A DNA stretch of 63,793 nucleotides, taken from assembly GCA_050230475.1 (NCBI GenBank), contig JBFLGF010000145.1, positions 1 through 63,793 of the forward strand. Reading direction: 5' to 3'. Below are positions 29,001 through 41,548 of the stretch, one piece after another. Each line of letters starts with the position of its first letter. Position 1 is the first letter of the stretch. The notes below the pieces were generated by a model. That model made no database searches. It saw nothing but the letters and a program-made list of their open reading frames with translations, and was not told where the DNA came from. Both the position numbers and the translations under genes were made by a program. The DNA is from Ancylonema sp. Taxonomy: Eukaryota.

Positions 29001-31412
29001 CCACGCAGCATCTCCTCCCGTCTTGCCGCCATACATTGCTGATCTAAGCTTTCCATGGCGTATAATTTACGATACAACAATGCAACACCGTGAGATTTGT
29101 CGAGATTTATTGTAGACATATCCTGACAGCAACACTGCAGCCTGAACTGCTGTACTTTAGTGAATGTATCAAAAGACATATGTGGACCTATAGTTGTCTA
29201 ACAACATGTCGCTGGAAGTCTGCCTCCGGGAAGGTCGTTGTTGATGGCAGAGTAATCATAGCGTTCGTTAATAATTAAGGCCTTCATTTGCCAATCGAAA
29301 CTTGATTGCAAATACATCCGTCAGGACACGTGCCAAATTGAAGTGCCATTGCCAATACCCACGCATGTGTCAAACATGGTTTAAGGACGTAAAGTACCCG
29401 CACCCGGACCATTCATCGTATAGGCACATTTACCCATTCCCCCATAAGTAACCATAGGGGCACCCGATTGTATTTTGTCCGACAATGCACATGACGCAAA
29501 TGATACAAATGATGCAACTGATGCAAATGATGCAAATGGTAGTCCAAATGATCTCTCTCTAGTTCGTACCTTTCAACAAATCCTTATTCGACATTTTACA
29601 CATCACTGCCACTACATTTAGCGTTTTGACTACAGTATTGATAGGTATAAAATCGGAGACGTCACTAAAACGTCTCGTGCCATTCCCTCTACCCTCACAA
29701 CTCCTCCCCCTCATTGTCTTTGAAGGGCAAAGGCACCGTCTTTACAGCGCGGAATTTACCCACATTATTCACGTGCTCGTTCTCCAACCTGAACCACACC
29801 AAGAGGCGTCGTTTTGTTCTCAATCACACGCAATCAATGGAATGAAGTGCGAAAAGAAAGCCCCCCCTCTTTTTTCCCCACTTCTTCCGTGTCTGTACAG
29901 AAGACTGAGAGACTGGACTACACTTCATGACGGGTTTCGGTCAAAGAAAAATCGTTTACAACGATGCATAATTTCCCGATAAAAATTCTCGAGCTCTCCA
30001 TCCAGATCCCGGAAAAATCAAACCCTGGGCGGTCTCTAGTGTACCCAAACCCAAAAGTTGCGAACGCTCACCTGAAGAAATTCCACATCCCCCTCCTCAC
30101 CACCTCCAGCGCCGCAAATATGAAGTCCGTGACATTTGTATCCAGGGTCCCCAACTCCAGCCCTGTGATCGACTGCAGCCACTCAAACCGGAGGCCCACA
30201 TCGACTACCTACACCCACAACCGACCAATCCACATCAAGTGGACCGACATTTGTACCAAAAATATAAGTAGGTCGGTTGGTTGGTTGGCCCATCTGGCAA
30301 CCAATCGACAACAACTAACTAACTCTAGAGTCAACATGCTAATGTTTTTTTAAGTCAGGCATGAAAGAAAGCGAGTCATACATCTATCATGCTCCTCAAC
30401 TCACCCTCCACAACCCCTCTCCCTTCATACCTCTCTACCTTCTCATCTCAATACCTTTAATCTTCCCCTAAAAAAACACTCAACCCCCTTATCCCCGTAT
30501 CCCCACGTCTAAATACATCTTTGATCTAAAACCGCACAAAGAGAACCCGCAAACAAAACCCCACACCCCCCTCACCATCGCCACGTAGTACACCCACTTC
30601 TTCTTCAGCATCAGCTTTTCCCTCAACAAAAAAGAGGTCCCTCCTCGCCTCAACAACCCCCAATCGTTCACCAGATCCCAATAGATCTGGAACACCGTGG
30701 AGCCAACTGCGGAAACTGCAAAGAGCGCCCCCAGCACCACCCCCTTGTGCTGCGAGAAGGCCACCTTGAAGGCCACCGTGGTCATGGCAGAGAGGTACTT
30801 GACGGAGTTGTACACCTGGCTCGGGTCCCGCTCGTCTATGTAGCGGCGGACGCACTTTGGGGGGGGGGGGGGGAGGAGAGGGAGACACAAAGGGGGAACA
30901 AAGGAAGAGAAGGTGAGAAGGGAAGGTTCTGGGAATCTTCTCAAGGTGATACTTGTGCTAGTATGATTGTACTGAGATTCTATTTTCTTTCCCTTCTTTT
31001 TATTTTTGAACATTTCATTATATTTGAGTATACTTGAGTATACTTGAAATCTTCTTTAAGTTCTATGCAGGCTAGGTACAGTCCTCACTTCTATACACTA
31101 TAGACTGCCCATAACGAGATACAAACACCATTCCTTCTCTCTCCCACTCTCCTACACAACTCCCAACTCCCCCGCCACCCCCCCCAGCCCCACCATATCC
31201 ACCCCCCACCTGCATGAATCGCCCGTAGTAGGGCAGCATGGCGATCACATACGCGATGTCCTTGAAGGCAGGTGAGTTGGTGCAGAAGGAGCCGTTCCGC
31301 GTCAGAAAGTACCCCCCTCCGTAGTAGCACCCCATGTACTCCAGGTACCGCAGACAGGGCACCTTCCAAACGGGAGAAGGGGGGGAGGGGGAAAGGATTG
31401 AGTTCTGGAATT
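26038..31412. repeat. Tandem duplication, unit about 2694 bp, with a single N at the junction (28731)
   Basis: 26038-about 28725 matches 28732-about 31412 apart from homopolymer lengths. Confidence 0.95.
27001..28671 (-). pseudogene. PHO1: Duplicate copy of the last four PHO1 exons (probable scaffolding overlap)
   Basis: Same exons as 29695-31362; no upstream exons; adjacent to the N. Confidence 0.7.
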
Positions 31413-34400
31413 GAGACAAAACAGAGTCCTGACATGGTCCTAACAATCCTGGGAAGCGCTTTTTGGAATAACAATTTCAATTGTAAGGGTGGGAGTGGTA
31501 GGAAAATCGCATCATAAGGGTGGGAACAAGGGGTAAATCGCATCATAAGGGTGGGAAGTGAGGATTCTCAGGCTATGTCAGTTGTGAGAGGCTTCACCTG
31601 ACTTGTGAGCTGATCCCCCAGAAAGAAGTCTGCAAAGTACACCTGCACACGCCCCACCATGGGCTCATAGGCTCACAGGCTCAGAGAACAAGGGAGGGTG
31701 TACACCAAGATGGGTTCACACTGGGAGCTGCAGAGCTTCCTTTCACCTTTTCCTGACAGTGTGGGGCACGGTCACGAACCAAAATTTGGGGGTTCTAGGG
31801 TTCAGGGTGGAGGGTTCACGATTTAGGGTTTTAGGGTTTGGGGTGCAGGGTTTACGACTGGTTCGGGTTTTAGGGTTTAGGGTTCTTTACTTTGCCTGTG
31901 TTGGGAATGGAAGGCACCACCGCTGCCTCATGCCTCATGGCAATGATGTTATTCAAGACTGTGCGATGAAAAAAATAGAGGGGGGGGGTTCGGGACCTAC
32001 TTACAAATTCGCAACGGAACATCACAGTGGTGTGCACACCACACGATTATGAACCCAAGATTTCAGAGCAGCACCGTATCAGTCGCAGCAGGATCATAAG
32101 GGAGGGGGGGCAGGGGGGGGGGTTATCCCAACCTTGTAGAGCGGTGCCAGCATGCAGTGCCACAGAGTTTGCAGGAAGAAGAGGCGGGAGGATCGGTAGC
32201 AGCACGGGAGGGGGTTGACGAGGAGGAGAAGGAAAACCTGCACAGCACAGCACAGCAGGGTAGAGTAGAGTCAAAGGTGCATCATCCTCTCCCTACACAC
32301 CTGTGCTCTCTATTTGTGTCCGCATCCGTATCCAAACCTCTGTTCGTATCCGGAAATCAATTCGATTCGTCGTCCTATCTGTATCTGGACCCTGGGATCT
32401 GTTCCCGTATCCGTATCCGAATCCGAATCCGAATCCGAATCCGAATCCGAATCAGTGTCTCCATCTGCACCCTGTGATCCGATATCTGAACCCCGTAATC
32501 CGTACTCGTATCCGTATCCATATTCGTTCTAGCACCATGACCCCTCACCAAGGCGGTCCCGAGCGGCACCCACTCGGAGCCGCGGTGTTGGTAGAAGGTG
32601 TTGGCGTGCAGGAGGAGGTGCAGCACCATCCCCCCCAGCAGTAGGCAGGTCAGCCCCCCGCACGTGAGGAACACCTGGCGGTGTCGCAGCTCTGTGGTGG
32701 GGTCGAACTCGAATATGAATGCGTAGTTGACGCGGTGCACGCGCCACGCCCAGGTGTCGAGACCGTAGAGGTAGAGGTGGAGGAGGAGGAGAGCCAGCGC
32801 GCTGACAGGTCAGCAAGAGGGGGGGGCGGAAGTGAGTCACAGGCGACAGAGGTGACAGGTCAGCGTACGAAGGGGGGAGGAAAATGGATGGAAGTGGGAA
32901 GCATCGAGTTCTTTCTTTTTTCCTTCTTCTTCCATTTCCATACCTTCAAAAAAATAAAAAATAAAAATCTCTGTTTGTTCCACTCTGGGTTTGGCAATGA
33001 ATAAAACGGCCAGTTGCTGATTAAATAAAACAAAAAGAGGTTCATAAAACCTTTTATGAATGTTTTTTTTTGGGTTTCAGCAGAAAGAAACGTGATGTAA
33101 AAACACAAAATTTTCTAGTGTTTTTTTTGTTTTTTGTTTTTTTTTTGGGGGTGACTCTTCTAGCTTTTTGCACCTCTCAAATGTCCCTTTCACGTAGAGG
33201 TTGGGCCATCGCTTTTGTCATGGCGCACACACGGGTTTGGGGTTTGGGTCCTATACAGACCCAGAAAACTTACGCCCACACAGGGACTACAGAATCCAAG
33301 TACGATTCCCCCCCCGCCTGGCTGTACCCCCCATCCGAGTACAGGAGGGCAGGGAAGGAGACCAGCAAGGCAAGGCTGAGGCCGAGAGCAAGGCCTGGCA
33401 CAAAAGGCAGAAAAGAAGAGGAACGGATGTTCACATGGATGGATCCATAGAACCCATAGATGGACGTGAATGTATATGATATATACGAATGTACATGTAT
33501 ATATATATACAAAATAATGTTTAGGGAACGTGTTTCCCCAGTTCTCCTGCCCATCCCCATTGTTGTTTTCTCCTGCCCATCCCCATTGTTGCTTTCTCAC
33601 CCAGGAAGAAGGTGACCTGGTGGGTGGGCGGTTTGAACGTGGGTCTGAGTGCCTGCATGGCCGTGTGCCGATCCCGCCCACCAAAGTGTTGGAAGAACAG
33701 GGTCTCCACCGATGACGTCATCGCACCCACCTGGTGACGTCACACGCAACGTGACCACCCCCACGACAGAGCGAGCGGGCATTGTTTTTTGGGGACTTGA
33801 CAGGGTTTTGGGGGTTTTTGGGGGTTTTTTTGGGAGGAATTTTGCAGTACTTTGCGGTTGTGGTAAGGCCATGTCTCGTTTTGTACCTAGATTAAATGAT
33901 TCAAAGCATGCGTGCCTTGAAGAGGAGAGAGAGGAGAGAGAAGAGAGGAGGGGAGGGGGTGTGCATTCTGACCTTGTCTGAAGTGGTGAAGTAGGCGGAG
34001 TCGAGCAGTGGGAGGTACATGTCAGAGGCAGACCATCCCGCCACCTGGAGTGGGTGGGCGGGTGGGGGGGTGGGGGGCAAAAGAGAATTGACCTCTGTCC
34101 TCTGATTGCCTCATTGGTGAAAAATCTGGACCCGGTCTTTTTTAGGCCTGGCAGCAAAGCAACCAGAGATCATGACTCTTTCTTCTCACCGCCATCAAGC
34201 TCATTATCTTTTTTTCGTTTTATGAGAGCAAGACAAAAGCAGATTACCCTCTCCCCAGAGAGGGTAGTGGTCGAAAGGGAGAGCGAGGGAGAGAGTGGGG
34301 GGAAGGGAGAGGAAGTGGCAACCTTGTCATGCTTCTTCATTATTTTGGCGATTGCTATGGAATTCAGGGCGCTGCAGGGGACAGAGGGGGGAGGAGGTAC

Positions 34401-37400
34401 AGGTGTCAACCTTTCGGTGCACACACGCCACCACCCCCACCTCGGACTGCGTGCTGCACCCTGACCCTAACCCTGACCCTGACCCTACCTTTGGTTTTCA
34501 AGATCGTTTCTAGTTTTCTGTGGGATTTTTTTGGATTTTTTTTTAAACCACCGACCCTTACCCACAAGCTGACCACAACCCCACAACACAATTTTCGCGT
34601 TCCCTTTCACAAATGGGTGCCCACATACACATGCTCTCTTTCTTCTTGCATTTCCTTCCACATTCAGCCCCACCGATGCATCCCCAGCCCCATCCCAGTC
34701 CCATCCCAACCCCCTCAATCTCTACCCCTCCTCTACGCCCAACAGCACTTTTGTACGATTTCAAACCATATTCTCCTCCCTAAACCCCCCTCCCTTCACC
34801 CCCTTACCCCCCATTCTTACCCCACCTGACCTCCCCTATCCCCCCTTACCCCCCCCCAACCCCCCCCTACCTGTAGCTCTTCAGTTTGGACGCCCCCGCA
34901 TAGAAGTCGATAAACGCTCCTCTGAGCATTTTCTCGGCGTGCGCCACCTTGACGCGGTTGAGGGACGGCTGGGGAACCCCCTCTCCACCCGCCCCCGTTT
35001 TGTCACTGCTGTCCTCCCAGATGGCCTTATACAGCTTCACTATGGTGGCGGTGGGAGTGAGGGCTGGGATGCTGACGTGGACCTTATGTCGGGGGTGGGG
35101 TGGGAGAAAGGGATGGGTTGGGCAGTGAGAGGTGGGAGTGGTTCGGGTGGCCGAATTCGGTTGTTTGTGGGTGTGGAATGTTACGACCACTCACCCTATT
35201 TTGGTGGAAACCCTTTTTTAGGGTTTTGTTAGCAAAGTAACACCCTACTCCTGTGACAGGCCATGCACGGTGTGATCTCATTGGAGTCAGCGTACTTGAA
35301 GTCAATGGTTTTATGGGGATACTACCTCTCACCTGCTTGCTATGTGAAACTTATAGACTCATACCTGTGCGTTTTTCGTTCTTTTTTTTGGATAAAATAA
35401 AATTGAAATGCTTCACCCTGGCCTTCCGGAATTATTCTATTATTATGTGTGTACCATGTCCTCTACGGTATGCATCTTACCAATATCCCGGTAAAACAAG
35501 TACACAACAAAATATGGACGAGTACTTCTACTCAGAAATCTTCTCAACTACAATACCACCGCTGGTCACCCAAATCCTCCCCCTCATCCCCTCACAATTT
35601 TTATTGTTATTTTAAAGTAGATTGTTTGCCCAGCATACTATTTCAATGGCTACAGCCCAGCACATAAAAATGGTCGGTCAGCCAGTTTGGTGCACACCTA
35701 CCTGCTTAAAATCTTCCGAGGTCCGCGCAACCCCCCCCCCTTCCCCTCCTCCATCCTCCCCCGAACCTTCCACCCTCAACTCGCTCGTTCCCACCTCTTC
35801 ACATCTCTCTCCCTCCTCCTCTCTTCTGATTTCGTTACCCACGTCTACCAAAGGCTGCACAGGCTCTCCCTCCCTTTCCTCCTCCCCCTCTCCTTCTCCC
35901 TCATCCCCAGCTGCAGACGCCTCAGCGTTTGCTGCATGGCTATCGGTACAGCTACCTCCTTCCCCCCCATTGCCTGCTGTAGAGGCGTGGCTTGCTGACT
36001 CGGTGGCTCGTTGCTCTGTATGACAAAGACAGTCCTGGTTCTGATTCCATATGAGAATACACACGTACATCATACACACTAACTTACAAGCATGCGGACA
36101 TACATACATCCATACATACATACATACATACAGACATACATACATACACACATACATACACACATACATACATACATATATATATACATACATAAACACA
36201 TACATGCATACATACATACATACATACATACATACGTACATACATAGATACATACATACATACATATATATACATACATACTAAAAATATCTTACAGACA
36301 TGAGGATACATAAATGTACATGGGTGTATATGGGTGTACATGGATATACAACTTAAATCAGTCTCTTGATAGATATGCGTATGAAGGTTTGGCAGGCAAG
36401 TTGTGTGCCGATATAGATCGCTCGGTTTTGGCCCATGGGAGCATCACAAGTCAAAATGGTTAGAGCTTCACATTTTTTCTACACCTCCTTCTTCTTTTTC
36501 TTTTTGGGTCGCTTCTCTTGTTCTTCTCTTTGGAAAATTATTTGGACAAATGGCGTGGCCAGTGTACACGCACTGAACACATGTGATCATCTGTTCGCAA
36601 GTATGCCTACATACGCCTACTACATGATTGGATGTTTTCTGTTTCCCCTCACATTTTTTTAAATTCACTGAGATAGAATCCAATTTTTTTTACCGAGCAT
36701 CTTTCTAAACTCTTCTTGCTGTGGCAACAAATTCATTTCGATGGATGAAAAAAAAAAAAAAAAACTAGAAAGAATACCAACAAAACCAAACTAATAAATC
36801 ACAAACACATTCTATACATTCCCAGCAGCCCCCTCCCCCCACCTTGTTCTTTTCGGAACTGCTCCTCCTCCCTGGTCTCTTCTTCCGCCACCAGTCGCGC
36901 AGAATCTCGTTCGTGCACTGCCAGAACCTTCTTCATCTCCAGCAGTGCTTCCATTTGTCGGTACAGATGGTTCGCTCGCCGAGTGTACTGCTCTTCCTGG
37001 TCGGCGTAGAACGCTTCGATTTTGTTCATCTGGTGGTCCACTCTCCCGAGGAAAGATGCCTCGGCTTGAGCCAGATCCGCGGATTTTTCTGTTAAACTTG
37101 GCAGCAGCTTCGTCTTGTATGTTGTAGTTGAAGTGTCTCTGGAGATGGTTCGATTCACCTGGGCATGACAAGGCATGGCAAGATAAAGTGCCTTAGCGTG
37201 ATGATGACAGTGGCTTCAAAAGGTAATAGTGCAGTCTTCATATGGCAAAGGAGTTAAGTCGAAGGTATAGCAAACTGTTGATGTGGAATGCAGTGAACAT
37301 GATGAATATCTGATGAGGACCACTAGGATCAAACTGAGTTGTCGGTTGTGAATTCACGGTTTGTGTAACAGGATATCGACCCTGCAGAGCTTGGCATGCA

Positions 37401-38277
37401 TGCCTGTGAAATGAATAAAATAAAATTTGTCATTTATCAGATCAGCAGCGAGCAATCTTCAGATGAAAGGGAGGAGTCGTTTGTAAGCTATCTACATCTA
37501 TAGCTATTTATAGGTATCTAAAACTATCTGGATAAGAAGAAGACTTCCTCGAACCAAATGTTCAACGCAAAGAAAGTCCAAAAAAAAGATTAATTTAAGG
37601 AATGCAAAGTTCTTCCGCGCATGGATGTCTTTGTGTGACCGAGTGAGGGGATCAGGCCAGCCTCTGCGAAGCAGACTGTGATCCTTTTCGCTACATTGCG
37701 AAAATATTACAGATTACAAATTCAGCGACCGCTAGAGTCTACGATATGGAAGGGTCGTGCTCGCAAGCCTTATGTCTTGTCAGAGTTGTGGGCGGAAGCA
37801 GCAGACAAGGGTGTCAATGCTGCACCGTTTTATGAAACGAACAAATATTTGCACCTCTTACATGCAAACCTTCTCGCCTTGAGAAGAAAAGAAAAAAACA
37901 CCGACTAGAGTCCATTAAGGAGAAGGTAAGATACTAAAGCTTTACAAGCACACCTAAGTTCTCGTAACCCGTCATCCAGTGATTATTTGTAAGCTACAAC
38001 GTAGTGCGGACTCTCTCACCTCTATTTTGGCTGGGGCTGGAGGTCCGCTGGGAGAAGCATTTCTTCGGGTTAGACCCGGATTCTTTCGAAGAACTTGAAG
38101 TTGGACTGTAGATTGGGTGTAGCTGTTGCTCACGCTGTCGACCTGGATTATGTGATGTGATTTTTCCTGCTCTTTCTTTAAAAGCTTTAACTCCTTCTTC
38201 AGTGCCTTGTAATTGCAGTACTTGAAGCGCCATTCTGGCACCTGCTGTCGTTCGAGCTGCTTCTGAAATTTCACCAT
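29695..38277 (-). CDS. PHO1: PHO1 / XPR1-type SPX-EXS phosphate exporter (15 exons, intact)
   Basis: Exons 38277-38020, 37158-36843, 36015-35702, 35082-34871, 34371-34323, 34044-33973, 33730-33601, 33394-33274, 32801-32549, 32237-32133, 31642-31598, 31362-31210, 30854-30576, 30208-30072 and 29788-29695. SPX motifs MVKFQKQL...[19 protein letters not shown] and [11 protein letters not shown] motifs [33 protein letters not shown] and [31 protein letters not shown]. Confidence 0.96.
31790..31885 (+). repeat. Degenerate TTTAGGG telomere-like repeats in a PHO1 intron
   Basis: tctagggttcagggt...tttagggttttagggtttgggg...ttttagggtttagggtt. Confidence 0.7.
32316..32525. repeat. ATCCG(A/T) hexamer-rich repeat with a perfect (ATCCGA)n core in a PHO1 intron
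   Basis: cgtatccgtatccgaatccgaatccgaatccg... plus scattered copies. Confidence 0.85.
36097..36281. repeat. (CATA)n microsatellite
   Basis: Read directly. Confidence 0.95.
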
Positions 38278-38363
38278 CTTCCCTCTTCTTTGCTTTCGAT
38301 TAGGATTTACTTTTCTTAAAATCCTAATTTATCCTTTTGACCAGAATTTTAGAAGAGTGTTTC

Positions 38364-38375
38364 TCACATTTGCAT
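38364..38375 (-). promoter_or_regulatory. Candidate uORF (ATG CAA ATG TGA) upstream of PHO1
   Basis: Ends 86 nt upstream of the PHO1 ATG; the transcription start is not known. Confidence 0.45.
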
Positions 38376-38981
38376 CTGCTCGGTCTCCCTGCTAACAAAA
38401 TTTGGTCTACGTCAGATCCAAGGACGTGACTTCTTTTAATCTACACGACGATCTGCATGCTACACTATTGCTCCTCTCATTTTGAGACCTTAGGCGACAT
38501 CAATTAGGTTGCAGGGCTCACAGTTTCAAAGGCTACCGAAAGTTGTCACCTGGCAGCTTCCGTGGCATGTTTGTCGACATGTCAGACTGACATGTCGAAA
38601 AACATGCCATGTCAGACTGTCCACGCACTGCAGTACGTCCATTTGCCACGTGCGACCGCCGGAACAAAGGAATTGCTCGCCTTTCCTGGCCGCTATGATT
38701 TATTCAGTAACCGTCGGCAACTAACCGGTCTGGTGAAACCGGAGATCCAATTAAAAAAATTCCGACCGGCAGAATTGGCATCAGTAGTTGGTGACGTCAT
38801 TAGGCAGAAGTCCCTCACATGGAATTGCAGTCAGTCAGCCGAACTGAGCAGCGAGTGTCACATAGAGTCGTACAAAGTCATACGTCGTGAGTCTCATGCA
38901 GACCAAATGTGCTTTCATTTTCAGACAGAATAAAACAACGCTCAAATTTTACGGAAGCCTGCCTATATTTCCAAAGTCGGG

Positions 38982-41139
38982 ATGTGGCCGACAAGCTCCC
39001 GTCTATCAGCATTTCTTCGGTCTCGCACCGTCACATCTTGGTGGCTGAAAAGAACTACCTCGGTAGGAGCACTCTCGACGACATGCAAGCGATCTGACCA
39101 CAAAATTTTTGATCCGTTTTCGCCTTCTAAAGCACATAGGAACATTACACGCTGGAGTCTGGGTTTGTCTGAATTGGGAAAAGGAAGCGGGACTTCTCGC
39201 TTTCTATTCTCCACTGACGCCTCAGGTTAGACAGTCGGCATTGTCTCAGGTTTATGCAATTGAGCTTCATCCCTATTCTCAGCAGTCTGCAAGTAGGATC
39301 TGGAGTTGAGAGAACGATCATTTTCACAATCCATCATTCACCCGACATATCTTCTCAGAATCTCGACAACGTATCACTTCTCGAATAGATTCGAGTGGCG
39401 GAGCGTGATATTATCACCCCGATTTGACACGACTTTTAGTTTGCAGGTGCGGGTGGGAGCGAGAAGGGAGGTGTCTCCGATGCACCAGGCGAAGGCGACA
39501 ACACGTCAGCTGGCGAAGGTAACGTGTCTGCAAGCGTCGAGGTAGGCTCAGGAGAGAAGAAAGCGGAAAGTGGAGAAGAAGAAGAAAACAGGTGGTGGGA
39601 GAATGCGCCTAAACCGAAACGGATGAGGCGGCGGGAAAGACATGGACGGTATGGCGAAGATATCGAGGATGAAATCGCGAGCTTTCCAGTGGACAACTCT
39701 TTGACACATCTCTACAATGCGAGGGCGATTGTGGAGGAGTACATGAAGAATACGACTGATTTGGGCATGGTGCCACGTACGATTTCTGAACCTCAGCTAT
39801 AAACTTTTATGTCAAACTCAAAACCTGAAACGTGAGATGCCACACCCCAGCACCTACACCTAGACTTTTCATTAAAATATTTGTGACATTGTGAGACAGT
39901 CCGTTTTCTGGCAGACAGGACGTACGCTTTCTTAACCCTTACCCGTTGCCTCAGGCAGCATGCTTAGCAGGTTGAGTTTTTCACCAAAAGAAATGAATTT
40001 TATTAACTGAAGACAAACGCAGTCCCTGCAAGCACCTGCACTGAACCTCTACTCTTACCTCCCCACCCCTTTCTTGTGCCCTCTTCCAGCGGAGTTCTTG
40101 ACAGAGGAAGGTCTCAAAGCATTGGCAGCAGGGCTGCAAGCTGAAGAGCGTGTGATGGAAGCGGCAGAGGCGGGACATGAGGGGGGGGAAGAGGGAGAAG
40201 AGGGTTTGGGTTCAGGGGAGAGGGTGTCAGGTGCAGTGGAGGAAGGAAGAGAGGAGGGGAGGGAAGGAGAAGTCGCTCTAGGGGGGGAAAGTCGGGAGTT
40301 CCTGGAGGGGTTGAAAGGGGTGAGTGGCGAGCTGTCAGGACAGACTGCAGAAGGGTGTCAATCAGGAGATCCCCCCGGGGAGGGGCCTATATTGAGGTGG
40401 GAGACGAGGATGGTGCTAGGGCCGGGAGGAGATGCATGGCATCCTGCCAACAGGAAAGTGAAAGTGAGTGTTACTGTGAAGGAGATTGGGTTGTCGGTGT
40501 TGGGGAGGGAGCGGTTGTTGGCGCTGGTAGGGAGGCGATACAACAGCAACAAGGACGAGCTGACGATAATTAGCGAAAAGTGAGTAGGCGGGGTGGGGTT
40601 GGTAGGGTTGTGGGAATTGGGGGCGGGGGTGGGGTGTGGGGCTGGGAGGGATGTGATGGGATGGGATCAGTCGTGTGGGTTTATGTGGTTGTGGTTGTGG
40701 TTGTGATGCAACAACTGAGTAAAATATTTATTTCTTGTTCAATTATCCTTATTTTGCTTTGCTTGTGTGTCCGTTTGGTTGTGTTTGCTCAAAATTATAC
40801 AAGGTCCAAATACACGAGTTTAGAGTGACCCACTTTCGATAGGCCTTGTTAGCCTTGCCTCTTTTTTAGAAGCATCGGTAAGAGACCATAAGAGGGAGGT
40901 GGAACACCCCAGAACTAGAACCGAAGGGAGTGAGTGGTTGATGTACGTTTCATCCGCATAAATACACTTCATAAACCTCCATTTTGTCTCTGTCATGCAG
41001 GTATGCGCAACGAGAAGAGAATTGAAAGGACGTGTATCGGACTTTGTTAGAATTGTTAGAAGCTGCGAAAACAGCGGATGAGTTGGCGAGGGAGGCAGGA
41101 GAGCTTCCACAATCCAACGGTACATCTGGTTTTGCATGA
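38982..41139 (+). CDS. MRPS35: Mitochondrial small-subunit ribosomal protein mS35 (S24/S35 family); in-frame TGA at 41023-41025
   Basis: Exons 38982-39225, 39447-39776, 40090-40579 and 41001-41139. Arg/Ser-rich presequence; ILRWETRMVLGPGGDAWHPANRKVKVSVTVKEIGLS...LVGRRYNSNKDELTIISEKYAQREEN*KDVYRTL matches the plant mS35 domain. Confidence 0.9.
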
Positions 41140-41381
41140 TTTAAAATTTGGGACAAGGAAGCAGATCACATTTGTCTCAATTTCGATCAATGTTGATCAA
41201 TATGGAGACTGCAACTGGACTTCATGTCAATGACTTTCGTTGCTGACGATGCTTTGGGAAAAGGAATCAGACAACCTAGTAATAGTAAGGAAAAACTGCA
41301 AAAACACAAGCGCTTGTGGTTTGCACCTCGATTTTTCTGGCAAAGAACTGGGATAAGCTGAGGTTTTGATTGTATTCTGTA

Positions 41382-41548
41382 CCGGCCGTTATTAACCCAT
41401 AATAAGTAATTGTTTGGGGGGGGGGGGATGGCGTTACATTGATTGCTAAAAATTGAAGTTTCGATAGTTTTCAATGGTTTTCGATTGTTTATGGGGGATG
41501 GTTATTTAATTGTCGTTTCAACAGTGGGGGGGGGTCAATCACGGCCAG
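41382..41548. mobile_element. Small MITE-like element with about 20-bp imperfect TIRs and TA flanks (second copy 48877-49043)
   Basis: Left gtaccggccgttattaaccc versus reverse complement of the right end gtactggccgtgattgaccc: 3 mismatches. Confidence 0.5.

Noticed and set aside
7219..38277. Phosphate gene cluster (PHO88, phosphatase-like gene, PHO1)
   Set aside because: PHO88/SND3 is an ER-targeting factor, the phosphatase looks inactive, unrelated genes intervene, and I saw no P1BS sites in the promoters. GCATATGC matches occur only within microsatellites.
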